DNA of 58,579 bases, counting the filler, from Dugesia japonica (taxonomy: Eukaryota): NCBI GenBank assembly GCA_001938525.1. It is 5 parts of 5 records of this genome, joined end to end, with 100 filler letters (N's around TTAATTAATTAA, not from the genome) between each part and the next. Parts side by side here need not be neighbours in the genome. Positions count along the whole stretch, not along the records: positions 1 to 14,196 come from MQRL01579710.1; 4 more parts are not named here. One strand, given 5' to 3'. Shown here piece after piece: positions 1 through 13,640 of the stretch; within the stretch, counting starts at the first letter, position 1, and each line of letters begins with the position of its first letter. Both the position numbers and the translations under genes were made by a program. The notes beneath the pieces were generated by a model, which was given only the letters and a program-made list of their open reading frames with translations, did no database searches and was not told the origin of the DNA.

Positions 1-109
1 TATTTAAATTATTATTCTTTTATTGATTTGCCACAAAAAATTCCCCGAATCAATCTGTCTATTTAATTTACCTCGCAGAAATGAACTACAATGAATTACA
101 ATTTTAACT

Positions 110-385
110 TAAACTCTGTCGTAGAAAAATTCGAAGACAAAAATAAAGGGTAGTAAATATAAGGAATGGATATTATTAAGACCTAACCTTTACAGCCTAC
201 TTAGTGATAAAGAGAGCATAAAATCTAAAGTTTTAACATTACAAAATACAAACATAACAAACCAGTCGTATGTTGATTGTTACAACAGCAATAAAAATGA
301 TAGAGTTGAACAATTTCGAATAGGAACGAAAAACCATTAATTATACAGCTTTCAGAGTTCCAAAGTCGAGTTGTCAAATAATGCA
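110..385 (+). pseudogene. Polinton/Maverick protein-primed DNA polymerase B, C-terminal fragment (degenerate)
   Basis: Collinear nucleotide similarity to 49518-49780, e.g. aaatataaggaatggatattattaagacct vs aaatataaagaatgggtttttctaagacca, and aacaatttcgaataggaacgaaaaacca vs aacaatttagaataggaacgaataacca. Contains stops. Confidence 0.7.
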
Positions 386-654
386 TTAATAATGCATTTT
401 ATTTTAAGACTATCAAAAAAATTGACTTGGCTAATATTCTACGTAAAAAATAAACGATTCATGACAATACACTTGATCAAAAGAATAAAATTATACAAGT
501 ATATTATTTAATTTTTTACAATAATTTAATGTGTTTTCAGACTATTAATGCAAACCATCCTAAATGCGACCAAGGAAAATATGTATAATAAAGAAAATTT
601 ATTTGTTTTGAAATAATTTGTACTTATCTCCCTTGTTCGGAAAATAGTTCACTT

Positions 655-2690
655 GTTCAGATTGCAATTAGAGATGAAAGCATTCCTAAACTCTTAAATA
701 AGGATTCTTATCGTTATCTTGGGGTTGATTTCGGACGTGGTCAGTATCANACTCNATCAGACATGCTTGNAAAATCNGTCANAGATTTGGAGAAGATCAC
801 TAAATCTATTCTCCATCCTTGGCAGAAGATCCAGGCATATAAAACCTTCATTCATTCGAGGTTTACTTTTGCCTTTATGAACTTCAAAATTCCAGTCTGT
901 AAGTTTGATGCTTCGGCCTACACTGAAAATGGAGTGGTGCTTAGATCTAAAGGGATTGATAGACGTATCAGGNNNNNNNNNNNNNNNNNNNNNNNNNNNN
1001 NNNNNNNNNNNNNNNNNNNNNNTAAATAAGGATTCTTATCGTTATCTTGGGGTTGATTTCGGACGTGGTCAGTATCAGACTCCATCAGACATGCTTGGAA
1101 AATCAGTCAGAGATTTGGAGAAGATCACTAAATCTATTCTCCATCCTTGGCAGAAGATCCAGGCATATAAAACCTTCATTCATTCGAGGTTTACTTTTGC
1201 CTTTATGAACTTCAAAATTCCAGTCTGTAAGTTTGATGCTTCGGCCTACACTGAAAATGGAGTGGTGCTTAGATCTAAAGGGATTGATAGACGTATCAGG
1301 GAACAGGTTAGATCAATTCTATCCATCCCACTGAACACTGCTTCTGAATACATATACAGCGCCAAAAAACATGAAGGAGTTGGGTTAACTGAAGCCAGGG
1401 ATGAGTATGCTATACAATCAATCATTCAGGGGTTCAAGATGCTTGTTTGCCGAGATGTAATAATTGGGTATATAGCTAAAAATGACCTAATTCATGCTGA
1501 ATCTAAGCAGCTTAATCATCCAAAGCTATGTTCACTTGATGAGGCGCTCAACTAGCTTCAGAAACATGTCACCCGCACAAATTCGAATTGCTGGTGGTCA
1601 AAAGTTCAGATGTCAATAACTTATCTAAAGAAGAAATTTGATTTTCATGTTAAATCTCAGCGCAATGAGCTCGGAATCTGCCTTTAAATTGTTGATAATC
1701 TGTCTACAGGAAATTATCTTGTTTTTTTTTAAGGATAATGGAACAGTGACTAAACTCTTACATAACATTCTGTCTTGGTCACATACTAGAAAGTGGAACG
1801 CTGAACTTAAAATTCCATTTCCACTTCAGTCCCCACTCTCAAATAGGTCTCTCTAGGACGGGTCTATCTCTCAAGATTGTTGGCGTTTCATACATAGGGC
1901 GCGAACATGCACTCTTCCTGTAGGATCTAATCTCGGTCTAGGAAATAAAGTCTGCAGAAAATGTTCCCTTCATGTTGAAACCCAAGCTCATGTCCTTTGT
2001 CACTGCGGTTCATCTTCGACTTTTTGCATTGGGCGTCACAATGATGTTCTTGAACTTCTTGCGGACGTTGTTCGCCATAATACGAGTTTCAGAGTTATTG
2101 TTGACCGATTATGCGAATTAATTTATTTTTTTTTCTTCTTTTTTAATTTACAACTAATCAATGTGGAAAGGAGAAAGATTTTATTGCTGGATGTAAAAGT
2201 TCCTTATGACACTTCTACACACCACTCAAGGAAGACATCAGACGAAATCTTCCAAATTGGAATGTTTACCTTGAGACGAGCTCAGTTGGATGTCTGGGAT
2301 CATGGTGTGTTGAAAATGAGTCTGTCCTGAAACACGTTGGTCTCAAAGTCAATGTTATAAGGAAATTTGCACTTGCCAGCATAAGAATCTGCATTNNNNN
2401 NNNNNNNNNNNNNNNNNNNNNNNNNNNNNNNNNNNNNNNNNNNNNNNNNNNNNNNNNNNNNNNNNNNNNNNNNNNNNNNNNNNNNNNNNNNNNNNNNNNN
2501 NNNNNNNNNNNNNNNNNNNNNNNNNNNNNNNNNNNNNNNNNNNNNNNNNNNNNNNNNNNNNNNNNNNNNNNNNNNNNNNNNNNNNNNNNNNNNNNNNNNN
2601 NNNNNNNNNNNNNNNNNNNNGGAGGACTTTCCGGCTTGAAAGACAGCCTTTGTTTATCTTGGCGCAATTTGCGTGTAGTCCCCTAAAATC
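655..2690 (+). mobile_element. 5'-truncated RLE-type non-LTR retrotransposon (NeSL/Utopia/R5-like): RT thumb, zinc knuckle, restriction-like endonuclease
   Basis: YRYLG, LHPWQKIQAYKTFI, GVGL and WRFIHRAR motifs; CRKC..ETQAHVLCHC knuckle at ~1953-2006; RHNDV at ~2034; LLDVKVPYD at ~2185. In-frame TAG at 1553 and frameshifts. Confidence 0.85.
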
Positions 2691-4554
2691 ATGTTTTTAT
2701 TTTGTATTTCAATTTTATTTATTGCTGGTTACTATTTTATAAATTTGAATTTGAATTGGAAGTGTTATTGTTAGCAATAATGATATTTTAATATTTTATA
2801 TTTTTATCAATGTAATTTTATTATTATTTTAGATTTTTCAGTGTAAATGGTTTATAAAATTTTTAACTATTTATATTATAAGTTTATGAAAACTAATTAA
2901 AATTCAAAATTATACTGTAAAAATCGATTATTTAAATTAACGTGTAAAATTTTTAGAATTACAATTATTGCAAGAATAAATTTTGGACTTGATCATTGAA
3001 TTTTTCACTATTGTATTCTTCAGTAAAATCATATCAGGAATATGATATCAAATTAAAAGTCATGTTCATTTTTACTGAGAAAATGTTAGAGAAAAAATTT
3101 TTTCGCAACCCCACTTTTCTTGCACTATGGTATATAAACCCTATATGAAATATATTACGTTTGTAATTCCAAGTGTAATGATTCCAAATTTATGAGCATA
3201 AGACCATTTTATTTTGAGAAATTTATTAGGTATTTTTAGAAAAGCGTAAATTTCTTAATATTTCAAAATTTTATATCAGTAAGATTTACTTTTTTTTAAC
3301 CATTTTTTAACGGTATTCATATAATTCATTTGTATCTAATTTTATTTAAACGTGTTTCCCTTTTTATATGATTTTAATATTATGCCTTTCAAGATTTTCT
3401 TTAATAATGTTTTTTTTCAATTTATGGATGCATATTTGATTTCCGATGTGACTCATTTTATCTGTTAATATTTTAAATTAACAATCATTATTTGGGCCAA
3501 TAAGTTCTTCGATATTTTCTTTATCACAATTGACCTTGTGTTTTTGCAAACTTATATTTTAATTCTATACCGCATTTGTCGCATATAAAATTATCTCTAC
3601 TGGCCAATTTATGATTGACATTTTTTTCGAGTGAGATATATGACTAGACTTCGACGATTTGCTAAAATTGTCACTGCGTTTTCACGAGGGCATCTATGTG
3701 TTGTAATCCGTGTAGGTTAGCGGTGAAAAGTTTATTAAAGTAGGCTAAATGTCAAAAGATATTTCACGAATAGAAAAATCAATATAATATATCAAATAAT
3801 CAGTAGTAAATTGCTTCGTAAAGAGAATTTCATATGTGAGGATGAAATTTGTATTAGGAGGAGAGGGCTGTTTTGTACTTTTTAAGCAAGGTTTAAATAG
3901 TAAATTTTAGTAATTTTGTTAATGCAAAAATCATGATTTTAGTAATAAAATTACGTTTTTTCGTAAATCTATGGAACTTCTTTGCAGTTTATGAAAAAAG
4001 TGAAAAATGATACTGCTTTCAGTAATAAATGTCTAGTGATTGACTTCTTTTGACCCGTTCAGTATGGTACCGAAGTTTTACAATTACTAATAATTTTAAA
4101 TTGGTATTATTTATTGGTCTTTTATTTGATAAAATATATTTTAGAATGTAACCAGTGAAAAAATTGTTGTAGAAGTAAATTATTTTCATTATTAATTTTC
4201 AATTTAAATTTTCCTAGGCAATTTCTCTTTTCTCGGAGAAATTGATTGTTGTGATGAGTACTCTACCAACACAAAAGTCTTATGAAACACAGGTGAATTG
4301 TTTGAATTAAAATTTTATTATTTTTAAGCCTATATTTAATAATAATTTTAATAATCGTTTGTAAATTGTAATTGCTTGTAAATTTATAATTCTTAATTGA
4401 TAATTTTTTTTAAGTTTAATTGCGTATTTCTTAATAGTTCAAATAAATGTTAAAAGTTAAAATAAACGCTACAATTTTTTTAAGTTAATTTAAATATTTT
4501 TATTAAAATTTTTTATTTTTACGTAATATGTGCAGATTTTATGGTTTCAATGTA

Positions 4555-4805
4555 TTTATGAAATATTATCATTATATATAACTATTATCCTTATATATTA
4601 TCTCGAGAAAAATACATTTTTCAATAGTAGTCCTTTAGACAATGTATAGGTAATTTTTTATTCTCAGTCGAATGGTAACAAAATATCATTATATTATTAT
4701 ATATAACTATTGTCATTATATATTATCTCGTAAAGGAAGCATTTTTTAAATAGTAATCATTTAGACAGTGTATAGGTAACTTTCTATTCTGAGTTGAATC
4801 GTATA
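4555..4805. repeat. Two diverged tandem copies of a ~120-bp unit
   Basis: tatataactatt...tattatctcg...tttagaca.tgtataggtaa.ttt.tattct occurs at ~4575-4670 and ~4700-4795. Confidence 0.6.
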
Positions 4806-5457
4806 AAATTCATCATATTAATAAACCAAATCAAAATTATACTGAATTATAGCGTTAATATTGCTCGAGAAGTAGCTATATTTTAATAAATTAATTAAAT
4901 TTATTGGGGTTTTACAGGGTTTAAATGTGATTGTTTAGAGTTTTAAAGGAATACGAGAAATTTGTCAGAAATTTACTAGAAATTTAGATAGATAGTAGCG
5001 CACTGGAACATCCATATGCTGACGTAATAATGTATGTGAATTCGAAAATTATTTGTGGATACTATATATTTTTAGGAATCTTATTATGCAATGCTGTATG
5101 TTTTCCGGAAATTATTAAGTAATAATGTATATTTTGTCACTTTTTTGTCAAATCACTTGTTTTAATAAATTATTACCTAATAAGGTATGTGTTTTAGATA
5201 AACTGGATGTGTTCCATATTGCTTATGTCTTGGTTTTGAGATAAGTGTGCTTTATTTCTATTAAAATTGTATAATTATAATTTTTGGCTTTTTATTTAGT
5301 AATTTAATTACAGGTTTTTTAGTCCAATAACAACTTTTTACATTTCATTATTTTCTTATAATTATAAATGTTCTTCCGTTGATGTACATTTTAAAGTTAT
5401 TTTTAATGTTTAATGCATTGCTAATAGTTGCTAAACATAAATCTACTTGTTCCATTT

Positions 5458-5976
5458 CTAACATTTGTTCCGAATCATTTTCAATGTTATTGTTGGATTT
5501 TCCGCTAATATTTGTATAATTTTATTTAATATTCTTTCATTTCGTTTTTCTTGAACTACCACTCCTTTTCCCTCCATCAAAACATTACTATCTTTTTGAA
5601 ATTTGTTAAAATAATTTTTTAGCTGAACTTTCATTAATTTCAACAATGCTTGCTGATTCTTTATAAACAACTTTATTTATAAACAATTCTTCATAAACAA
5701 CTGCAGTATTCCCGTGACAAATTGAATTATTTTCAGAAAATTTAAACAAATATGATTTTCTACCGCATTTCCATGAGAATTTAACCGATTACGTAAAACC
5801 TGTATGAGAAAGGGAACACTCATGTAATTAATTACCACATGTTAAGTAAAAAATATCGTCCCAACAAAGTAAATTGGAAAAAAATTGAACAGTCACCTTA
5901 TATGCCATAATAAAAAGTCCCCTCTAAATGCTCAGGGAATAGTTAATCCTCTTATACAATCCTGGGGATTACTGTA
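5458..5976 (-). mobile_element. Probable Tc1/pogo-type DNA transposon remnant
   Basis: Minus-strand terminus TA-CAGTAATCCCC at 5976, and a downstream HTH-like peptide IIQILAENPTITLKMIR (5458-5670). Confidence 0.35.
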
Positions 5977-6339
5977 CCTGTACACCACTATCTCTCTGCT
6001 TACATTTACAAATCTTATCAATTTTAGACATACAGTTATTAAAAAATAAAAAGTTGTTAATGAAATGTAAAAGTTGTTAATGAAATGTAAAAGGTTGTTA
6101 TTGGGGTAAAAAAACTTGTATTTTAGTAATATTTGTTATAAGAAAATAAATATGCAGAATTTAAACCAATAGAAATGGATTAAAATAATTAATAATGTAC
6201 ATTAATTCTATTTAACATATATTTATAGAGTTATGCATTAATATAAATGAAAATTTCAAAAATATATATAAAAATTGCAACAAATATATACGAAAATTTC
6301 AATAATATATATAAAATGTTAAAACATATAAATTAGGAA

Positions 6340-8620
6340 TATACAAAATGTAGCTAGTAGACAAAAAAAGTGGTAATGTTGGACTTGTCTTAAAAAATGA
6401 AATATGAATCAAGTTTTCGTTCGTCGCATTAGAGGTTTATGTCAACAGGTTAGATGTAAACAGTGTTGAAATGGTGGACATAGTTCACAGGAGTACTACG
6501 CCAATTTGAAAAGGAAAAGAACAACTGAGAAATTTGTGACTACTAAAAGGACAGGGAACCGATATATACAAATATATGTGATTGCAGATGCAGAGGTTAC
6601 TACAAACGATAGATATCAAGAAGTATATGAAAGTGATTTCGGATGGCAGTACCCAAAAGACATGCTCCACCAGTAGAGGAGTTGGTTGGAGTTATACATT
6701 GTTAAATGAATTCATTGATTATACTTAAGAGGTTGGAAAGTGATATGATATTGGGAAAGGTACAGAAAAAGTATACAAGTTCTTTAAAAGAGGAAATTTC
6801 GGGTATAATAGTAAAATAGAATGGATTTGAACAATTGAAGCAGGAAAGAAAAAAATTATTTCTGACCACAGTATTACGGTATCAAGTCAGGAGCTCAAAT
6901 TAACGTTATGAGTTTGAGTTGCTTTAGTAAATTACGAGATCTACATTTAGAAATGAGTGATGAAATATTGCGTTGTGAAATAATAGTACACTTGAAATTG
7001 ATGGGAAAGTTAGAACCGGAGTGATAATTGGTGAAGTTTGCAAAGAGATTACTTTCTTAGTTGCTGAAAGAGTGACACCAGATCTGATAGGTGATGCAGA
7101 GAATTTTTAGATACCAGCTTATGCAAAAGGTCGATAGAAAACGGATGAAAAAGTCGAAAATTACATTTGTAATATTGAAGCGAAATTTGGATAGTGATTA
7201 ATTAGAGCCTTAAATACTTTGAAGATTAAAGAAGATCAATGGTTATTAAAAATAATTGGAAGTAAAGAAGATGCTTTATTGCCAGAAAAATGGGATGTAG
7301 GATGCACACATGACAAGACACAAAATAATCACAAGTGGTGAACCAATCAATTAAAAACCTTACAGGCAGCCAATTAATTTAGAATCTAAAATTGAAGAAG
7401 CTAACCAAATACTTTTTGAAAATAATATTATCCTGAAATGCAACTCTCCATAGAATACGCTACTGATTTGTGTTTGGAAAAAGAAAAAGAAGGACATAAA
7501 AATATGTTTGGATTTTGGACAATTGAATGGAGTAACAAAAAAACAAGCCTTTCCGATGCCTAATGTCGATGAAATGTTGGACAAGTTAGATGGAGCCAAA
7601 TATTTCAGTTCAATAGATTTGTGAAATGCATACTATCAAGTAGAGCTCGAAAAAGAATCTCAAGAAAAAATGGCGTTTTCAACAAAGCACGGACAATATT
7701 GTTTTAATAGAATGCCATTTGGCATTGCAGCGGCACCGGGGACATTTCAAGAGATGATGACAAAAGTGGAAGTCGGAATCAAGAGGGCCTTGGTTTATCT
7801 TGATGACATCCTGATATTTACGAACAATAAAGATCAACACTATGAAGTAAATGAAAAATTATTGACGGAAATAATGAAGGCTCGTCCAAAACTAATTCCA
7901 GAAAAATGTCAGTTTCTTCAAAGCGAAATCAGATTTCTTGGACACATAATTAGAAGAGAGGGTGTCAGAACTGATCTGTCAAAAATAGAAGTAATAAGAA
8001 CATTTGGCAAACCTAATTGTGGGAAAAAGATACGAAGTTTCTTAGGAATATGTAATTATTACAGAAAGTTTGTAGAAAGTTTAAGAAAGTCAAAGATCTT
8101 AGAGTAATTGTCTAGTAGACCAAGCAACAAGAAATTAGAATGGACAGGTGAAATAAACTATACTTGCATAAATTGCAAGATAGACCAAGTGGTACGGTAT
8201 CGTTTCAAGGAAATAAACATAAATGTCTATTAGATACAGTGGGTAGAATTAACGTTATAAGTTTGAGTTTTTTTTAATAAATTTCGAGAAGTACATTCAG
8301 AAATGATTGATGAAAGATTGCGGTGTGCAAACGATAGTAAACTTAAATTGTTGGGAAAGTTAGAACTGGAGTAACAATTGATGAAGTTTGCAAAGATGTT
8401 TCTTTCTTAGTTGCAGAAAGAGTGATACCAGATCTGATTAGAAGAAAACTTGGGTTTTTACGGAAAGTAGACGATAAAACTGACGATATAGTCGAAAATG
8501 AAATTTGTAATACTGAAGCAAAATTTGGGAGAAAAATAAAAAAGAAAAGCGACTGAAAATACTCTAAAGATTAAAGACAATGAACAGTTTTTGAAAAGAA
8601 ATTGAAAATAAAGGATGGTT
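6340..8620 (+). mobile_element. Degenerate Ty3/Gypsy LTR retrotransposon (gag knuckle, protease, RT), followed by a second protease-region fragment
   Basis: FNRMPFGIAAAPGTFQ, VYLDDILIF, KCQF..FLGH and RSFLGICNYYRKF (7670-8107). Protease-region sequence is repeated at ~8170-8620. Many stops. Confidence 0.92.
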
Positions 8621-8684
8621 GTTTCAAGTCGAAAAATTTTAGTCGTCCACTGTAGAATCAATTGTTAATTGATGACCATTTCTT

Positions 8685-9085
8685 GCATTACAAAACCTTA
8701 TGATGGGCCATTTCAAATCATTAAAACCCTTTATTGTAACCAAAATGAAATGGGTATCATTAAAACCGTAATGAGTCGATGGAACTTTCTAGAATGATTA
8801 CAAAACCTTTTGGTGGACCATTTAAGATCCTTTAGAATTTAATCATATTAGATTAGGCATTGTTTGAATCGAAATAAGACAGTAAATAGTTTTAGAATGA
8901 CTACAAGCTCCATGGTGAACCATTCAAATTCTCGAAAACTCTTCAATTTATATGTCAATATGGATATGATTGGAACTGCTGATAACCATATCTAACATGA
9001 TCACAAAACCTTATAGTGAACTATTCCAAATCATGAAAANTTTTTAAAATATAAATAAATCAAAATGGGTATCGTTCAAATCGTA
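8685..9085. repeat. Degenerate tandem repeat, ~105-110 bp unit, about 4 copies
   Basis: The motif t.acaaaacctt.t.gtg.accatt..aaatc recurs near 8689, 8799, 8902 and 9002. Confidence 0.5.
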
Positions 9086-9479
9086 TTTAAATGACAAACA
9101 TTTGTATATAGTTTCAACACAATCAGATCTACACATATAATAATACACATGATATCGCACACTTTTATAACACTACATATAAACCTAAATTTCTATCGTT
9201 TTGCATTTCAAAATGCAAGGAAATATTATAACAACGTATAATATTTCGACAATTAATACTAATTGAGGAAAAACACTTTTTCTTTCAATATCATGACTTT
9301 CTTCAAGAAATCTATTATGTATATTCTTCAAATAATTATTATTTATTAAGATAAACAGAAGCCTTTTATTCCCGGGGTTAAAAGAGTAAGCCATAAAATG
9401 TGTTTAGAATCTGTAACCGATAAATTTTTGAATGGAAAATTAATGGTGAGTTAAGTACTCACGGGTCATTAAATTCGAT

Positions 9480-10030
9480 TGAAAACTTAAAATGCAGTTT
9501 ATCCAATAAGAATCAAAGAAATTGTAGCTTATGCAATCAGGAAAGATAGTATTTCATTTCATAAAGAACAAATCTTCGGCAATCGTCAATTACCCAACCT
9601 TATTCTGGTAAAGTTTTAAAGTGGAAACTATTGTAATGGAAGCTGTAAAACATCTAGTTCAAAATTCAATCATTTAAATGTCCAATTTATAACTATATCA
9701 AAAAACAGTAATTATCGCGAAGCATATACTCAAGACTTTGAAAATGATAATTATAGCATATTATATATGTAATCTATAATTAAAAATATGGGATATCTAA
9801 GAAAGAATATGACTTGTGGAATAACACTTGATGAATTCAAAAACAAATATTCATTCTTTACGTTTTGCTTGCTCCAGATTTTGATATTAATCAGAATCAA
9901 TTGCCCCAACAAGGAAATTCGAGATTTGATATCAAGTTTGGGTACGCTTTACTTAAACCAGCATATGTAATTATTTATGGAGTATTTAGAAGTGAAATCT
10001 AAGTTACTTCCAAATTATTAATATTAGTTT
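9480..10030 (+). pseudogene. Polinton/Maverick major capsid protein, C-terminal half
   Basis: Manual translation across frameshifts: QIFGNRQLPNLILV..FNHLNVQFITI..QDFENDNY..CGITLDEFKNKYSFFTF.LAPDFD..QQGNSRFDIKFGYALLKPAYVIIYGVFRSEI. This fits the Polinton MCP C-terminal pattern (F.FDL.PD..G.LRL..KF..AL...VIVY). Confidence 0.75.
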
Positions 10031-10139
10031 AAACAATCTTGTTGTCATGACTTATCAAAATAAAGTAAGTTTTGACAAGAATATATAAATTTCTTTAATT
10101 AGTTCAATTCAAATTAATAAAATTGGAATTAAATGACTT

Positions 10140-10276
10140 GGATCAAAGTTTTTCGGTGAGTATCCATTGGACAAGTTTCTATTCATACCAGTTAATAAAG
10201 TCCTAATTCTCAATACTCAATCATCATATCTCGGTGGAGAACATTGGTTAGCAGTTTACAACAAGCCAGAAAATAT
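10140..10276 (+). pseudogene. Polinton/adenovirus-type cysteine protease (adenain) fragment
   Basis: GSKFFGEYPLDK..LILNTQSSYLGGEHWLAVYNKPENILVFDSF carries the catalytic His (GEHW) and FDSF motifs. It lies directly after the capsid fragment and is truncated before the catalytic Cys. Confidence 0.8.
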
Positions 10277-10885
10277 ACTTGTATTTGATTCATTTGTTTT
10301 TAATATCCGTAAATTGGGGTCTCGCATCTCTCAAAAATGTTGAAGTCAATTGTGTACAACAACAATTCGTTATCAAGAATGGTTGACAACTACTTGTGAA
10401 AAGCCCTGCTAATTATGGTTGAAATCCCAACATTATGTATAATTTTTGTATGAAAAATAAATGTATTTCTACGTAATTATTGTTTTGTATTTACGTATTT
10501 GTATGTATAATTTAATAACTGTTATTTTTATGTTAACTTTATAATTATATTTTACAATTGCAATTATTGCGAGAATAATTATTGGACATAACCATTGATC
10601 GTTTTATAGAATTCATTTCATTTTGGTTTTTTTATTTATATTGAATAACAATTCCAATTGTTGTCCGAATTGTTATGCAATATCAATAAAAAAAACTAAA
10701 ATTTTGATCAAAGCTTTTATATTAAATGAATTTTATAATTATAATTTATATAATTATAATGATAATTTGAGAATTTATTTATTGTTACTAACATAATTTT
10801 TTATCGAAGTTAACTAATTTTTAATAAAGTTCCTTTTTTAAATTAATTTATTATTAATTAATGATGTAATAATTTTGTAAAAAGT

Positions 10886-10922
10886 CAATTCCTGACGAAG
10901 ACAAGGTCGAAATATCGAATTG
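10886..10922 (+). ncRNA. Minimal type I hammerhead ribozyme (Penelope/retrozyme type), intact core
   Basis: caattc-CTGACGA-a-gac(aag)gtc-GAAA-TATC-gaattg: stem I caattc/gaattg, 3-bp stem II, palindromic ATAT stem III. Predicted cleavage after C10916. Confidence 0.8.
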
Positions 10923-13389
10923 TTATCAATAAAAAACAAAAAATTTTGATCGAAGATTTTATTTTATTTTAAATGAATTATGTAATAATTTATTTAATTT
11001 CATAATTAATTTTTATACTTTTTTACATTAATAATAAGTTATAATATTTAAATTATGATACTTATAGCTATTGATGCAAATAATAACTTATGTTATATTT
11101 TATAATTCCAATAATTTTTATAATAATATTGATAATATATCTAGTTTTTTTATTTCTTTTCATATTAATAATACTTTTTACTTATATTTTTTAATGATAA
11201 TATCAATTTTATCCTANATTACCTTTACTATCACTGTTAATTTGATATATTATTATAATAATAAAAATGAAACTGTTTATAAAATATCTAATTTTAATGA
11301 TAATAACCACTAATTTGGTGAAACTGTTAAATGATGCTGGTAATATTTTAAATAATAAACAAAAAAAAATAAATAAATAATATTTTTTAGAATTTTAATA
11401 ATATTTTTTTTAATAGTGATAATTTTCAATTGTTATTCTAATAATAATANNNNNNNNNNNNNNNNNNNNNNNNNNNNNNNNNNNNNNNNNNNNNNNNNNT
11501 AATAATAATACAATTCCCTTTTTAAATTAATTTATTTAATTTGTTAATTAACTTTAAAATAATAATTAATACACAATTTTAAACTGTTGAATACATTTTA
11601 TTAATTATAATTTTTAAAAACATTGGTTATATTTAGAATATATTTTTTAATATTTTGATATTTTTTTATATTTTCATGATAACATTTATTTTACACATAG
11701 TATTTAACAACTGCCAAGCTGAATCTTGGCTATGCTGCAAATCTGTGTCTAGTTCACCCTTGGCAAGCAAAAAGGACAAAGTATTAATTTTGTACGATAA
11801 CACGTGAACCGATGAACTGATGGTTCAGTGCGCTAGCTTCCCCTAACTTATATTATTAAATTTTATTTTTTTAAATTAAAAAAAATATATTTTCTGTTTT
11901 TATTTGAATAAAAGTAATGTAGTTTATGAAGATTATAATTGAAATTTTATAAATTGAAAAAAGTTTTAAAACAATTCAATTTAATTAAAATTTGATTAAA
12001 ATTATCCAATAAAGTTTTAATGAAATACGTAAAACTTTTCTAATATCGTTTAAATCTATCAAAAAGTTATATTCCTGAAAAGTAATATATCGTCGAAAAT
12101 TCGAATATCTATAAAACAACAATTGAATTTTATCGAACCTATTATTTCAATGAAATCTCAAATGTGATCAATGGTTAAGTTCAACAATTATTTACGCAAT
12201 AATTGTAATTGGATAAGTAATTATTTTAAATATCCAATATTTTTTTATACACACATTACACATTAATTACCATGCATTCTGATTAGTGCATACTTAAGCA
12301 CTAAAAAATTTAGACCTGATGAAGCGATACAATGCAGTACTATCTAAATACTTGNNNNNNNNNNNNNNNNNNNNNNNNNNNNNNNNNNNNNNNNNNNNNN
12401 NNNNNNNNNNNNNNNNNNNNNNNNNNNNNNNNNNNNNNNNNNNNAAGTTTGGTTCTAAACATTTAATAAATTTTGTCCTAACATGTTTCATAACATCTTG
12501 TAAGGATACTGAAGACATACAGAAGCCAATTTTACTCACAGTCACAATAAATGAAATATTGGGAATAGATTTTTTGATTTCCAGTAAGATTGTGTTAAAT
12601 GTTTTTTTTATTTTTATTTTTATTATTATTATTATTTATCATGAACTATTCTTTACATAACCTTTCAATTTAAATTTTTATAATTTTTTATTAGACAGAG
12701 TAATGAATAAAATTCAAATATTGATTAGAATTTGATGTCTATCACTGTAAAAATACTATAATTAGATACTTTCTATTTTATTTCCAAAGCAATTTTTTAA
12801 AAAAATTAAAATATTGTGTGTTGAATCAAAGTGGTTAATTTTGTGAACAAGTTATTATAGGTTATATTAAAACAATGTTCGTTTTTAAATTTTAAATATT
12901 TCAAAGTAAAATTGTGTTCAATTAGTTGAATAGATAAGCGTAANNNNNNNNNNNNNNNNNNNNNNNNNNNNNNNNNNNNNNNNNNNNNNNNNNTATTTAT
13001 CATGAACTATTCTTTACATAACCTTTCAATTTAAATTTTTATAATTTTTTATTAGACAGAGTAATGATTAAAATTCAAATATTGATTAGAATTTGATGTC
13101 TATCACTGTAAAAATACTATAATTAGATACTTTCTTTTTTATTTCCAAAGCAATTTTTTAAAAAAATTAAAATATTTTGTGTTGAATCAAAGTGGTTAAT
13201 TTTGTGAACAAGTTATTATAGGCTATATTAAAACAATGTTCGTTTTTAAATTTTAAATATTTCAAAGTAAAATTGTGCTCAATTAGTTGAATAGATAAGC
13301 GTAACTTTAAATCTAAGTTTTATAAAATAATTTCAGATTATTATCGAATGCACAAAANGTAAAATTTATTTCTTCATTGAAACTCCTAG

Positions 13390-13640
13390 ACGTAATAACG
13401 TGAATCCTAGTGAGGTTTATGAGGTCATTCATAAAGCATGGCCGCAGGAATATATAATTGTTATTCAAATTAGAAGACTTGTGAGACAATTTCGTACTGG
13501 AGAAAGACAAACATTTCAGCACCAGAAAGGAAGTGGAAGAAGAAAAAGCAAAGAATTTTTACTTAACATTGATTATGTTAAAATATGTATAGAAGAATAT
13601 GGGGTACCAATACTTTCAAATATTAGAACGGTATGAAATG
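13390..13640 (+). mobile_element. Mariner-like transposase N-terminal HTH fragment
   Basis: PSEVYEVIHKAW..QIRRLVRQFRTGE..QHQKGSGRRKS resembles the mariner F..G....D..RSGRP region. Confidence 0.5.

Noticed and set aside
695-1300. Tandem duplication of ~280 bp of the non-LTR element across an N gap
   Set aside because: Near-identical sequence on both sides of a gap is a typical unmerged contig overlap.
4219-4292. Isolated exon-like segment (cctag|GCAATT..ACACAG|gtgaat)
   Set aside because: Good splice sites and an open frame, but no recognisable homology or partner exons.
12630-13305. ~310-bp direct repeat across an N gap
   Set aside because: Gap-flanking duplication with a few SNPs; probably two haplotypes left unmerged.
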